A stretch of DNA of 62,326 nucleotides, filler included. It is 9 parts of 9 records of this genome, joined end to end, with 100 filler letters (N's around TTAATTAATTAA, not from the genome) between each part and the next. Parts side by side here need not be neighbours in the genome. Positions count along the whole stretch, not along the records: positions 6,732 to 19,544 come from SRR7504441_8074; positions 19,645 to 25,616 come from SRR7504441_8083; 7 more parts are not named here. One strand, 5' to 3'. The translations under genes were made by a program, and so were the position numbers. This document shows, piece by piece, positions 13,101-25,100 of this stretch (position 1 is its first letter; each line of letters begins with the position of its first letter). A model generated the notes under the pieces. It saw only the letters and a program-made list of their open reading frames with translations. It was not told where the DNA came from and made no database searches.

Positions 13101-13721
13101 AAAGCTGTCAGTTGGGATTGCGCTGATCGGTGACCCTCCCATCATCTTCTTGGACGAGCCTTCGACTGGCATGGTATCAACAATCGCTTACCCCACTTAC
13201 ACGGGTGCAGGATCCTGTGGCGCGGCGGTTCATGTGGAGTGTGATTTCACGCACGATGGGCGGGCGTAGTGTAATACTGACCACAGTAACTGAGCAGCCC
13301 TTGCCCAGCTCTGACCGGTGCTGTGTGTTTGGAACAGCATTCGATGGAGGAATGCGAGGCACTTTGCCGTCGGATTGCCATCATGGTGAACGGCCGGATT
13401 ACTTGCCTCGGATCAGCCCAGCATCTCAAGAGCCGATTCGGGACCGGCTACACCATTGAGGCCCGGGCAACCCACAGCTCGCAGATGGCCTCGATCGAAG
13501 ATTATTTACTTTCGCAGTTCTCGGAGAGCAGGAAGCTAGAGTCGCAGGGAGGGCAGCTGCGGGTGCAAGTGCCGGTGGCAAGTGTCTCGGGGCTCACTCA
13601 GCTTTTTACACAACTGGAGAGCGTGAAGGAGTCGCTGGGCATCGAGAGCTACTCGGTCGGGCAGACTACTCTAGAGCAAGTGTTCCTCTCGCAAGCATCC
13701 GAGCATACCACGGAGGATTGA
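7198..13721 (+). CDS. ABCA: Full-size ABC transporter subfamily A (TMD-NBD-TMD-NBD), at least 8 short introns
   Basis: N-terminal [22 protein letters not shown], Walker [10 protein letters not shown] and [18 protein letters not shown] / [27 protein letters not shown] / TTLEQVFL. Introns at about 9650-9686, 9861-9914, 10739-10780, 12065-12105, 12823-12867, 13040-13087, 13174-13210 and 13286-13337 restore the frame (e.g. NLG|VCPQ, TT|HSMEE). Start placed at ATG 7198. Confidence 0.95.
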
Positions 13722-13928
13722 CCTATATATCGCCCTTATTCGGATTGTATTCGAACTCGTATAATTATAACAATGAATCGCGTACGTATACTTGCTATAG
13801 GGCGCATAGCTATTGTGCTTTCACCATGGATTCGAGTACGTCTTTTAAGCTAGGTACATGTACGCTCGTAGAGCCATTCATTCGCAATCAACGGATTGTC
13901 GTTACTAGCCCGATGAGACCGGAGCGGA

Positions 13929-14447
13929 ATGGACTGGAAGCACACAGCAGCGGCGGCGGTCACCGGGGCGGCAGCCGGTGGGCTCCTGGTGCACTTAGCC
14001 CGCACAGTACGCCGCCAGGCCAGTTGCCAGTTCTCTCAGACGGTTTTTGGGCCGGCCCCGGCCGAAGCGCTCGAACAGGTTCGCGACCCGGCGGCACTGA
14101 CATTTCTGCATGCCGACTTCTGCCCGTTTGCCAACAGGGCCTGGATCGCTCTGCTCGAAAAGGAGAGCGATCCTACAACGCCAGTGCTCTATGATGAGAT
14201 CATGTGTTATGAGGCCGTCTCGCGGAGGGACTACTTGATCGAGATGTACGAGTGTTATGTGGGTTTCCAGACAGCTGCACCTAAGACTGAGCTTAGTGGT
14301 TGGCAGGCTCGAGATGAAGTACAGAGTGCAAAGGATGTGCATAAGAAAGACAGCAAAGCGGGCCCGAATGCTCACAACGGCTATCATGCATTTGTCGCAA
14401 AGCAGGAAATCATGCTTCGAGCATTCAGGGGGTTTCATAAAGAATGA
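13929..14447 (+). pseudogene. Truncated glutathione S-transferase (omega/lambda-like N-terminal fragment)
   Basis: FCPFANRAWIALLEK is a Cys-type GST N-terminal motif. After ~14200 no VP / ES motifs or helical GST domain follow and the composition becomes more AT-rich. Confidence 0.5.
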
Positions 14448-14671
14448 TAATTTTCATAAGAATAGAGAATAGGGAATGATAAATTTAATCAATGCATCTA
14501 CATGACTTATACATGACTTGAATGAACATGTCTCGTGACGCATGCAGTGACGTCCTGTGTATATGCTTGATCGCACGAGTATGGTGATTGCATAGATGCC
14601 GATTCGAAACTCGACTTTTCTGTTGGCACTGCAATCTATTCAACAGGCGCGGTGTGCACCCAGCCAATCGC

Positions 14672-15520
14672 TCACGGCAGGTCGTACAGGTCAAGAGTCA
14701 TCTTGACTGGACCAAATCCGTGGGTCACAGTGGTGTCGTACTTGGCATACCCGAAGTCGTGGCACGGGGTCGGGGTATCGGAATGGGTCAGGTTCTTCTC
14801 GAAGAAATGGTAGAGCTTGTAGTCTTTGGGATCCATGCAGCACTCGCCGCAGTGCTTGGTGCCAAAGATCGATGAGGCAATCGACCAGTACTTCTCCTCG
14901 CCTGCAGTCTTGCACTTCCCCTGGCAGCACGGCTTGTCTGCCGCCGCTGCGGTGGGCGAGGGCTCGGCCGCCTGGTTGAGGGCGCCCCGCGGGAAGTTGT
15001 CGCAACGGCAGTGCATCGTGATCAACGACATGTAAGAGTTGCAAGTGGGCGGGCCGCTGATCGGGCCGGCCGTGTTGAACTCGCAGCGAGCCGACTTGGG
15101 GTTGGGCACCCCGGTCTCGTGGACAGTGATCCCGAGCCGCTGCTCGAGCGCGGTTAGCTCGGCCGTGTTGTAACGGAGCGATGCGTCCCACTGGTAGCTC
15201 GGGACGATCGACCGCTTGCCCTCAGCCGAGGCCAGAGTGAGGTTGAACACGGTGGGGCCCATTGTGGTCCGAAAGAAGACTTGGCTCGTGTTGCTCGGGG
15301 TGGCGCAGAAGTTGACCGGCCCCGCGATGGTGTAGTTAGTCCGGCAGTCCTCAGCTGGACAGCAAGAGCCATACGGGGCCAGTTCTGCATTGGCCACGCA
15401 GCATGCCGAGCCGTGGGGGCACTGGGGCTGGGTGGCCGAGCAGTACTGCACATCCAGGACGGGCGCGCTGAGCACCACTGCCGACACCAGCGCGAGCACG
15501 GCGACGAGCTGACGAAGCAT
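14672..15520 (-). CDS. Secreted Cys-rich protein of unknown function
   Basis: Signal peptide MLRQLVAVLALVSAVVLSA, Cys clusters at both ends (CPHGSACC..SCCP; PCCQGKC..HCGECCMDP..PC), uninterrupted ORF. Confidence 0.65.
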   Translation of the reverse strand: MLRQLVAVLALVSAVVLSAPVLDVQYCSATQPQCPHGSACCVANAELAPYGSCCPAEDCRTNYTIAGPVNFCATPSNTSQVFFRTTMGPTVFNLTLASAEGKRSIVPSYQWDASLRYNTAELTALEQRLGITVHETGVPNPKSARCEFNTAGPISGPPTCNSYMSLITMHCRCDNFPRGALNQAAEPSPTAAAADKPCCQGKCKTAGEEKYWSIASSIFGTKHCGECCMDPKDYKLYHFFEKNLTHSDTPTPCHDFGYAKYDTTVTHGFGPVKMTLDLYDLP

Positions 15521-15678
15521 CTTTGCCGCTCTGCTGGACGGGCGGGCACGCTCGCCAACGGCAACGGCATCGCGTGCATGGACGGTCGGACGGTCGGAGA
15601 CGGAAGTCGGTGCTGTTGAGCACCTTGCTTTGCTGCTAGCGGGTGCACAAGGTTGCTCCGCTGCCAGCCGAGCTGGAG

Positions 15679-17633
15679 ATGAGTTGCGAGGCCGAGCTGG
15701 AGCGGCTGCGGGCGGAGAACGCCGCGCTGCGGGCCCGTCTCCGCTGGGTTGGGCCGCTGATGCACCAGCAGGCCCCGGCGAGTGACGGGCGGGCCGACCG
15801 ACTCAAGGGCGCGAGCTTCGAGATGACCGGCGACCGGGCCGACCAGGACAGCTGGGTAAAGATGGCGCAGAACCGGGCCCATATGCGCGGCGCCGGCTTC
15901 CAGGCAGTCCGCCCGGTGGCAGGCCGGCTGACGGGCTGTGGCAGAGCGCAGACTTCACCAAGCCGATCGTGACGGTGGCGGTGACTTACTCGAACGCGCT
16001 GGAGTGCAACAACACGCTGCTCGACCTGGCCCGGGAGGTGTGCCGGCAGGTGGAGAGCCGGGGCGGGGTGGGGTTCTACTGCATGTGCCCGGTGATCTCA
16101 GACGGCAACACCCAGGGCACCACGGGGATGCGGTACTCGCTGATCTCCAGGGACTGGATCGCAGACTGTATAGAGATAATGCACTCCGGCTACATGGCGG
16201 ACGCGTGCATCACGCTGGGTGGCTGTGACAAAACCGTGCCTGGGTGCGTCATGCCGCTCGCCCGCACCGACGCCCCGGGCGCATTCATCTACGCCGGCCC
16301 TTTGGTGCCAGGCCATTGCGACCCGCCGCTCCGTCCAGACGCCCCAGCGCAGTACCACCGGGGGCTGGACGCGGGCAGCGTGGTGGAGGCGAGTGGCTCG
16401 TTTAAGGCCGGTCTGATCGACCTCGAGGAGCTGCACCGGATAGAGTGTGCGGCGATGCCGCGTTCAGGCACCTGCTCCGGCATGTTCACAGCAAACACAA
16501 TGGCGTGCGTAGTGGAGGCGCTCGGGATGTCTGTCCCAGGCCAGGCCGCGCACGTTGCCGCCTCGTCGGATAACCTCCCAAGCGAGGCCAAGATGCAGGA
16601 CTGCAGCGATGCGGTGGCCAGTGTCTTTCAGATGCTTGAGGCTGGAGTGACAGCGAGGCAAATCATGACCCGGCCGGCCTTTTTGAACGCGGTTGTGGTG
16701 CTGTATGCAGTCGGAGGGTCGACAAACGCCGTGATCCATCTGCTCGCGATGGCGCGTGAGGCTGGGCTCACCGAGGACGAGTTCAATATCACCATGTTCA
16801 ACCATTACAACGATACTGTGCCGATCCTGGTCAATCTAAGTCCTCACGGGCCGTACCACATGGTTGATCTGGACAGAGTAGGCGGGCTGCCGCTCATCAT
16901 GAGAGAGCTGCTCGAGAACGGGCTCATCACAGGCGACTGCCTCACTTGCACTGGAAAGACCGTATCCCAGAACCTGGCTACTATCCCGCGGCTCGCCGAC
17001 CTGCCTCCGCAAGATGTGGTGCTGCCCGTGTCCAGCCCGCGCGCCGCCCCGGGCCGGCACATCATCGTGCTGTCGGGCAACTTGTGCCCAGGCGGATCGG
17101 CTGTTTGCAAGCTCTCAGGTAAACGGATCGACAGGTTCAGCGGCTCTGCTGTCGTGTTCGATGATGAGAAGCTTGCCTACGACGCGATCCAGGCCGGGGT
17201 GGTCACTGCCGGCTGCGTGTGTGTGATACGGTACCAGGGCCCGGCTGGGGCGCCAGGCATGCCCGAGATGCTTTCGCCTGGAGGCGCGCTGGTAGGCAGA
17301 GGGCTGGGGGAGAGTGTCGCGCTGCTGACCGATGGCCGGTTCAGCGGGGCAAGCAGGGGAATCATGATCGGCCACTGCTGTCCTGAAGCAGCGCACGGCG
17401 GGCCGCTGGCTTTGTTGAGGGATGGGGATGTGATCCGAATCGACATGACGGAGAGGACGATCGATGTCGAGCTAGAAGCGCAGGAGATGGCCGAGCGGTC
17501 GCAAGTGTGGCAAGCGGTGCATCAAGGCCGGGCGCATCCCAAGCTGCCCGAGGGATACGCTGGGGTCTTGTCCAAGTATGCCTGCTCGGTCGGGTCGGCG
17601 CACGGCGGAGCGCTAACGAGCGGGCGATCATGA
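15679..17633 (+). CDS. ilvD: Dihydroxy-acid dehydratase (IlvD/Edd family)
   Basis: [84 protein letters not shown]. One intron ending at 15944 gives GF..DFTKPIV. Confidence 0.95.
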
Positions 17634-17870
17634 TGATGTCTGTCGCTACTATACTCGTACGTACCTAACCATCGTGCGTACGTGCGCATGGTGGTTTTAC
17701 GAGTACTAAGTCTTGTACTCGTAAAAGATTGACTCTAGTAAAACTCGCTTGCAATTGATTCACCAAACAAACCTTTGACTAGAAGTGAGCATGCAGATTG
17801 CTTTATTCAATCCAATCTCCCACGCCGTGTGTATATACTATGTACGTATGGCCGGCACTAAAGGTTGCAA

Positions 17871-19228
17871 TCACTTGGTGGGCAGGAACACCACCGTGAT
17901 ACTCATATTGTCAAGGCCCACCTTGTCCTGCCCTATCTCCTTGGCGCAGCACTCGTCCAGCAACTTGGACAGGGTCTGTCCGCACACTCAGCCGGCCAGT
18001 CCGCCCATCCATCACCGGCACGAGGTTGGTGGTGGCTTGACTCGGCTCAACGAGCCCTACCCTGATGAAATCAACCACCTCCTGGCTGGTCTTGCAATCA
18101 AAAACCCCGTCGCACGCCAAAACTACGAACTCGTCTTCCGGGCCGATCGGCCGGCGGACCACATCCGGCACCGCAATCACGGCCTGGGCCTCCACTGCCA
18201 CGCCTGCCCGACCGTGGGCAGCCCGCTGGTTGGGACACACCTTCAGTCTGCTTGAGAGAAAAGTCTCCCATTGCTCGAGGAACAGCCAGGGTGCCCCCAA
18301 TCCGGGGGGTGTCGTTCTCGCCGCTCACCGTCACCTCGTAGCCCGCCTTGTTGACTCGCTCCACCTCTGCCGCCAAGGTTTCAGCCCGATTGGCACGCCA
18401 GGCCGGACCAGCTGGATCAGAGAGCGTATGGTCCTTGGAGAGCTCGACAGCCGTGCCAGCTGTGGAGAGGATGCACCGCGAGTCGCCCACATTCGCCACC
18501 ACTAGGTCGGCCCCGTTGAAGACCGCCGCAACCTGTGTGGGCTCGCCCGGCTGCGGGCTGCACAGCACACCGCAGTCGAGCCACAGGTCTCACTGATCAG
18601 GCGACCCTCCACGGAAGCTTGCGGCACATCTGGCATCTGGTTCCGCATCTGGAGAAGTTTCATCTGCCCCGGGCTCCCGCCAGCCGCCTTTGGCCAGGCC
18701 ACCCGGTGCGCAGCTGGCCGGGACTTATGCCCCCCGTGGACGCAGCTTGGGATCTCAGCTGCGCCCTCCACGGCCCAGATAGAGGCATCCACCTCCAGGA
18801 AGTGTGCGCGCAGCCCCTGGCCCGGCCTCCGCCCCGGGCCAAGCGGGCTGTGATACGGCGTCTGTGAGGTCCGGGTCGTCCTGTCCGAGCGAGCCGGTGA
18901 AGTGCCGGTTGAGGTATGTAGAGACCTCTTCGCCTGATCCGCCCGCCTCGCCCGGGGGTGAGAGGGGTGCGCACCGCCATGACCGTCGAAGAGCGCAGCC
19001 AAACCGAGCCCTGCGACCCGGCTCGTTCGGCTGAGCTGCCGGGCAGGGACCGTTGGGGAGGTCGGTGATCAGTCCATTGTCCTCCATGTTACGCCGCCAC
19101 CCCTGCATTCCGACAGAGGCATAGTACCGGCCGGCCACCGAGCCCTGCTCAATGTGCTTGCACAAGTCGGGCTCCGCCCTGCCCCGCCGATCAAGAGCGC
19201 CCGGCTGGTCTTGGTACCTGAGCCCCAT
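17871..19228 (-). CDS. Protein phosphatase 2C (PPM family), many short introns
   Basis: MQGWRRNMED, FDGHG|GEEV, GSTA, VANVGDSR, LSKDH, LAVPRAMGDF, LACDGVFD, GLDNMSITVV-stop at 17871-17873. Confidence 0.92.
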
Positions 19229-19544
19229 GTGCGAAGCTGGCCGTTGCGCGAGCTCCCCTCGTTAGTGCAGGCCTGCAACTACTGTAGCCTGCAACTGCAG
19301 TGTGCTACAGCCTACAAGTACCGTACACACGTACACAGTAGCCTACAAGTGTTCGCAGAGTCTATATAGGCGCAAGCTATACGCAGTATAGAACTATTCA
19401 GATAGCTACAAGTAAACATTTTACTAAATATTCATCCTAGCTTATACCAGCACAATCTTCACCAAAGTAACTGTTTTCTGGACAGCACTGACCGGTCGCT
19501 ATAGGGGCAGTACCAGGGGCAGTACCGTATGGGCTGCTCACCGA

Positions 19545-19644
19545 NNNNNNNNNNNNNNNNNNNNNNNNNNNNNNNNNNNNNNNNNNNNTTAATTAATTAA
19601 NNNNNNNNNNNNNNNNNNNNNNNNNNNNNNNNNNNNNNNNNNNN
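19545..19644. other. Artificial contig linker
   Basis: N44-TTAATTAATTAA-N44. Confidence 0.99.
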
Positions 19645-20331
19645 CTCGCACGCCACCTGCGCAGCCTCTGCTTGCCTCAGCTGCTCGGCCCTCCCCACAG
19701 CCTGCCTCTCCATGGCCTCCAGCCGCGCCCGCTGCTCTTGGCTCTGCTCCGCCCACCGCTCGCAGCTGTCGGCCAGCTCGCCGTTCTGCTCTCTCAGCTC
19801 CGCCACCGCCGCCGCTTGCCGCTCCGCCGCTTGCCGGCTGAGCTCCAGCTGCTGGGCCAGTCCGTTGCTCCGGTCGGTCTCGTCAAGCTCCCGGCCGACC
19901 GCCTCCTCCAGCCGCCGCTCCAGCTCGTTGCACCGGGTCCGGTCCCGCTGCCGCTCGGCCCGGACCGCCTGCCGCTCGCGCTGCCGCTCGTCCACCACCG
20001 CGCTGTCGGAGGCCTTGCGCTCCCGCTCTAGCGCCTCGAGCGCCAGCGTCAGCTCGGCCTGGAGCGCCGCGTTCTGCTCCTCTTGGTCGTGCAGCCGGCA
20101 GCGGGCCTCGCGCAGCCCGGCCACCAGCGCCTGCGGGTCTGCGCGCGGCGACTCCGGGCCTACCACCGAGTAGCCCGGCCAGTACTGCGACGAGGCGATC
20201 CGGGAGGGTGTGCTAGGGTAGAACATCTCGTCCCCACCACAGGCACCGTCAGGCGGCTGTTGTAGCCCGGGCCGGGCCCAGTGAGCTTGGTGAGACCGGG
20301 AGGGCGTGCTCGGGTAGAACACTCGATCCAT
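19645..20331 (-). CDS. Coiled-coil protein with duplicated N-terminal FYPSTPSR motif, 3'-truncated by the contig end
   Basis: MDRVFYPSTPSR...EMFYPSTPSR followed by E/R/Q/A-rich heptads running into the linker. Confidence 0.6.
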
Positions 20332-20510
20332 TCAGGTGAGCAGCTCCGACCTTGCTTGAACTGAGCAAATTCCGTTACCGTTGAGCAGCCCAACGTCGAG
20401 AGCCACTCGACCTGTGCTCTCGCGTCGAGAGCCACTCCCGCAGGCTACTAGACCAGGATGCCGCGCGTTTGGGGTGGGGAGGACATCCCCAAGGCAAAGA
20501 CCGTCTTCGT

Positions 20511-21916
20511 ATGGCCATCCGGCGCCGCCCGAGCAGACAAGGCCTCCAGCCGCCGGCCGGGGCCGGTGCGAGGGCCGAGCAGGTCGACATGCAGAACGTC
20601 ACCTTCAACCCGGGCATGTCCGAGAAGCAGGTCAAGGAGTTGCTGGTCGACGAGTTCGATCTCGACTGGTACCCCCCGCCCGGCCCGCCCCCCTGACCGG
20701 CGGCGCGCAGCGACCCGAACGACATCCTCGGGCTGGTCGACGGGTACAACCAACTGTGTGACAAGCTGAGCGACATCGCCAGCAACCGCAAAGGCACCCG
20801 GCCCGGCCGCTGCGGTCTGCTAATCGCCCGCAGGCTACCACATCCGGTTCCGGGACGAGCGCAGCGTCGAGATGTCTCAGGTGGCGGGCGCCAGGCGCTA
20901 GGCTGACATCGGGGGCAGCTGCGGCGAGAGAACGACAAACTCAAGGAGCAGCTGGCCGCGGCCGGCGGCAGCTCGTCGGGCGGCGCGGATGTGCCCCGCT
21001 CGGGGTGCGGCGCTGATCCGGCGGTCAGGCTGAACTGCGGCGGCTCCGTGAGGAGAACGAGAAGCTGCGGACTGAAAACGCTAAGCTCAAGGTGCCCACG
21101 ATGCGAGAGCCCGGCGCCGACCGGCCGGACAGCGGGAGCTTAACTCTAACGACAGCTCGAGCAGCAGCAGCAAGAGGTCGCGGCCGCACAGGGAGAGGCT
21201 GACGGAGGGGCAGGACCAGCGCTGCCTCAGAGCGCAGCAACACCACCGAGGTGCGCTGCTGGCCTTGTGCTGGCACTGAGGGTGCCGTGCGCCTCAGAGC
21301 TCGAAAGATAAGCGGCGCGGCTCATTGGAGGAGCGCTCAATGAAGCTGATGCCAAGGTGCCGGCCAGCTGTGGCAGGGTGCTGAGGACGGGCAGCTCTAA
21401 GGATACCCGCAGTGACAGAATGAAGGCTGCGGCGTCCAATCCTCTGATGGCGCCTGACGAGCCCAAGCCCAAGAAGACTCAGCCCAAGAAGAGCAGTGGA
21501 GCACCTGCAGAGGGTGGTGTTGCACAGGGCGACAGAATTCAGGACATTGCTCTGGCCATACCAACTGGCGCTAGCCAGGGTACGCCTTCCACTCGGTGGA
21601 CAGCCTGCTGATCGTGTATGAAATTTCAGGGACGCAGAACTACGAGAAGCTGAAGGAGCATTGGCTGGAGGGCTGCGATGATGGAGTGCGTTGCCACTTA
21701 GAGGGCGTTGTTGACGGTGCCTGCAGGAACTTCCAGACCCTGAAGACCTGGAGGATCACGTCGACGACCTGCTGCTGTCAGAGAAGCCAAAGGTCTTGCT
21801 GTTGGCTCCAGTTTGAGCCGCTGAGTGTTGGTTGGCAGTATGTGAGGGAGGCTGTGCCACTATCGAGCTTGATTGACGCTCTTGCCGACCAATGGATGCG
21901 AGATAACGTGTTGTAG
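20511..21916 (+). CDS. Multi-exon hypothetical protein with central coiled coil
   Basis: Exon-like segments (MSEKQVKELLVDEFDLD; LRRENDKLKEQL; LREENEKLRTENAKLK; PLSSLIDALADQWMRDNVL-stop) separated by short GT-AG blocks. Confidence 0.45.
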
Positions 21917-22183
21917 AGATGATAGATTTAATTGCATCCGTGTATGCATCGCCAATTGACGAGGCCTTGAGCCCTCGACATCCATAAAATTGATAATCGT
22001 CTTCGTAAGTTACACTTGTAGTGATGTTTAGGATGAAATTATTTTGGGGAACATAAGTCATTGAACAAGCTCAAACATGAGCTGCGCATGCCTATGTAGT
22101 AATCTATGTTTGGTGTACGTGTATGGTGTTTGTTTGGTGAATTCAGGCGCAAATCGTTACGGCTTCGCATAACTTTGCTTCAT

Positions 22184-25100
22184 TCAACAATATACCCAGC
22201 CACAACAATCTTTGCTATTGCAGTAGCATGCTTGTTCAAATTGTTCGCGCTCAGGGACCGTCTCACGAGGATGGTAATTGATGGTTAGCTCTTCACCCTT
22301 TGTCACATTTCGGATGGTGATGAAGATGACGCGAGGTGGACAGCCCTCATGCTCATAGACATCGTAAGCCACCATGTTGGGGCTGCACGAGTGGTTTATA
22401 AACCGGGCTGCATTCCCGACGATCGTGGTGTCGATCGTGTACTGGGCAGTGTCTTCATTCTCAATGTCAAAGCTGAGGTACAGGCTCTGAGCATTGTATA
22501 CTTCTTCTCGGCGGTCAGCCTCGCGCTCAGTCACCACTTCCCCAATATACTCGACCACAAACTGCCCACTGGGGATGTCCGCGTCCGCAACCAGCCCTGC
22601 TCCCTTGCGCTCGTCCATGAGCTTGATTCTGAGTGGGAAGCGCACCCCTTTCCTCACCACTGCATTCCCACACACACCCCGGCTGCAATGCAGGCGAGCA
22701 AGCTCCCCCGAGCAGCGGCATCCGCCCGGCTTGTTAAGCGGGACAGGAGCAGAAACCCACGGCTGAGGGCGGCCACTGTTCATGATTTCTGGGCACCACG
22801 GTCCAATCGAGGTGCACCCAGCCATCGCGTTCTCATGCCACAGCAACAGCTGGTTCAGCGGGAGTGGTACCGACACAGGCACCTGTCCACTGTCAGTGGA
22901 TCGCCCTGCCAGGCACTTGCCTGGCCATGCAAGGTGCTGACTAGCGCTGCTCGGGTCGTGACATACCGAAAACCGAGCTGCTCAGGATCGAGATCCGACC
23001 AGACCATCGGCTCCACTTGGCAGCCACGACTCGCCTCCAAGTGCTGCAGGTTCGCGTGGCACACTTTGGCCACCTGACCACGACTAGTCAGCCCATCGGC
23101 ATTCAGCTTTGGGGTTACAAGCTCCGGATTCCACTCCAACGGCAGCGTATTTTCAAAATTGATCTGACGACCAGCTTCCTTTGCTCGGAGGTCGTACTCG
23201 GCTGCTGCGTCTTCCGGTGTGGAGTAGCATCCGAGATAGGTCTGCTGGCCGTTCACACATATGGTTGCACTCCACCTGCACACAGAGTCGCATTTTTCAG
23301 TTGATAGCTTGAACCAGAGATAGATGGCTCACCTCTCATGTGTTCCTGCCATAGCACTAACTCCCTTGTAGAGACACCTGGTCTGAGAAATGGTCCTCAC
23401 CCTGTTTTTGCTTGTGTTTGATCGTCGATGTTTCGGCTTGTGCTTGCCCTTCCCAGAGCACAGTTGCGCATGCTCCTTCTCAAGATCCTTATGTTGCTTG
23501 ATCAGACCACGTGGCCGAGTCACTGTATCAATTTTGGTTGGCCTTGTAACTGAGAGCCAAGGTCGCGGCGCCTGAGAGCGCAGGTGAGGCCACAGCGTGC
23601 GCTCATGATGCCTGTGCGCAGAAATCCAGCTTGACATATAGGACTGGCTCCGCCTCCAAGGCCACCTGCAGTGATTGGGTAAAATCCGCCGGCATCAGAT
23701 AGGCTTGCCGCTCTAAGGTGCAGCTCAAGTGGCGCCGACTTGAACAACTCTTGGGCAAATTCCTTGATCAAGTCGGGACAGAAGCAGTTGCTCTCCTCCT
23801 CCCAGGACAGTTCGGTCGACCCAACCCATTTGAGCAGAATCCAAAGGCGGCCGCTCGTGTCGACATCAAGATCCACGACTTCCTCCACCTGCCCAGCTGG
23901 TTTCAACCAGCAGCAAATCAAGCCGACCATACCTCCCAGCTAGCATCATCCGCAGCTCCTTCACCCCGTTTTGAGTGCTTGTTGGACCTTTGGTGGTCCT
24001 GCCGAAAGTCTCTGATGATAGCTAGCACCTCAGCGCCACTGGGATTGTTTTCGTCATCTAATTGCCGTTCAATTTCGACCACTGAACGAAGCTTGGTACC
24101 ATCATTACAAGTCACAATCATGTCTTTGACGCCTGCAGAGGCCCCCGACTGTCGCACCTTATACTCTACTGTCCAGCCATTGGGCAGCTCCAGACTGTCG
24201 TCGTTGGCACCACGATGGAACCTGCGTTGCTTACGCGTGCGGTCTTGCGGTGGACTGAACTTTCGGGGTGCTTCCCGCTTCCTGGAAGGTCGACGCGTCG
24301 TTCCACTGCGTCCTCTCTTGGCTTCTTTGATTGGTGCGGCATCTTCAGCATCCAATTCGCTGTCCTGCTGATTCTGCACCTCCCTGCACAGCACAGTAAG
24401 AGTGACGAACACGCAGCGATCGTCTACCTCAGCAGCATTCTCTTCCGTCCGTCGCCGATTTGCTGGTTTGAGATGCAAAGCTTGTCACATAGGATTGACA
24501 GCCGGAGCTTGCCAGCCTCGCCTCGGAATACCTTTTTGAATTCCGATTGCTCGTCGGTACTCAGGACCTACCCCCAAAGTCAAGGCTGATCTATTCGCTG
24601 CATGTGCTGGAATCTAGAGGTGCAGTTACCCGGTCATCCTCGATTCTAGTCATGAATCCTTTGTCCTCGATGGCAGCTTGTTTCACATCATGCTCCTTTC
24701 GGACAGCCCTAGGCGACCTAGCAGGAGCTTTTAGCGAGCGAGTAGGTGTCCCTTTGCTGTAGAAGCGCGCCTGCTTGTATTCTTGGATGGCATTCACAAT
24801 GTCTGTTGTCTTCTGCACAGTCTCATCGCTCAGATACTGCTGCACTTCTGGTACTGAACGAAGCCTTGTGCCATCACAAGCAGTCACAGTCAGGTCAATC
24901 CGACTTGCATCACTCTGCCGGACTCTGTGCGTGATAGTCCACCCGTGTGGCAAGTCTGTTGGCTCGAGCTCCGGGAGCCTGCTGGCAGGACTAATCTTCG
25001 GCCGGGACTTGGGTCGTTCTGCTTTGCTAGACTTCCTTGCTGCCACGCTGCAGTGGGCAGCTCTGTACTTTTGTACTGCAGCCACCACATCCACAAGTCG

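Noticed and set aside
9650-13337. Frameshifts and in-frame stops suggesting pseudogenes, recoding or a variant genetic code
   Set aside because: The breaks examined are resolved by short GT-AG introns, and TAA, TAG and TGA all occur as true terminators in the window.
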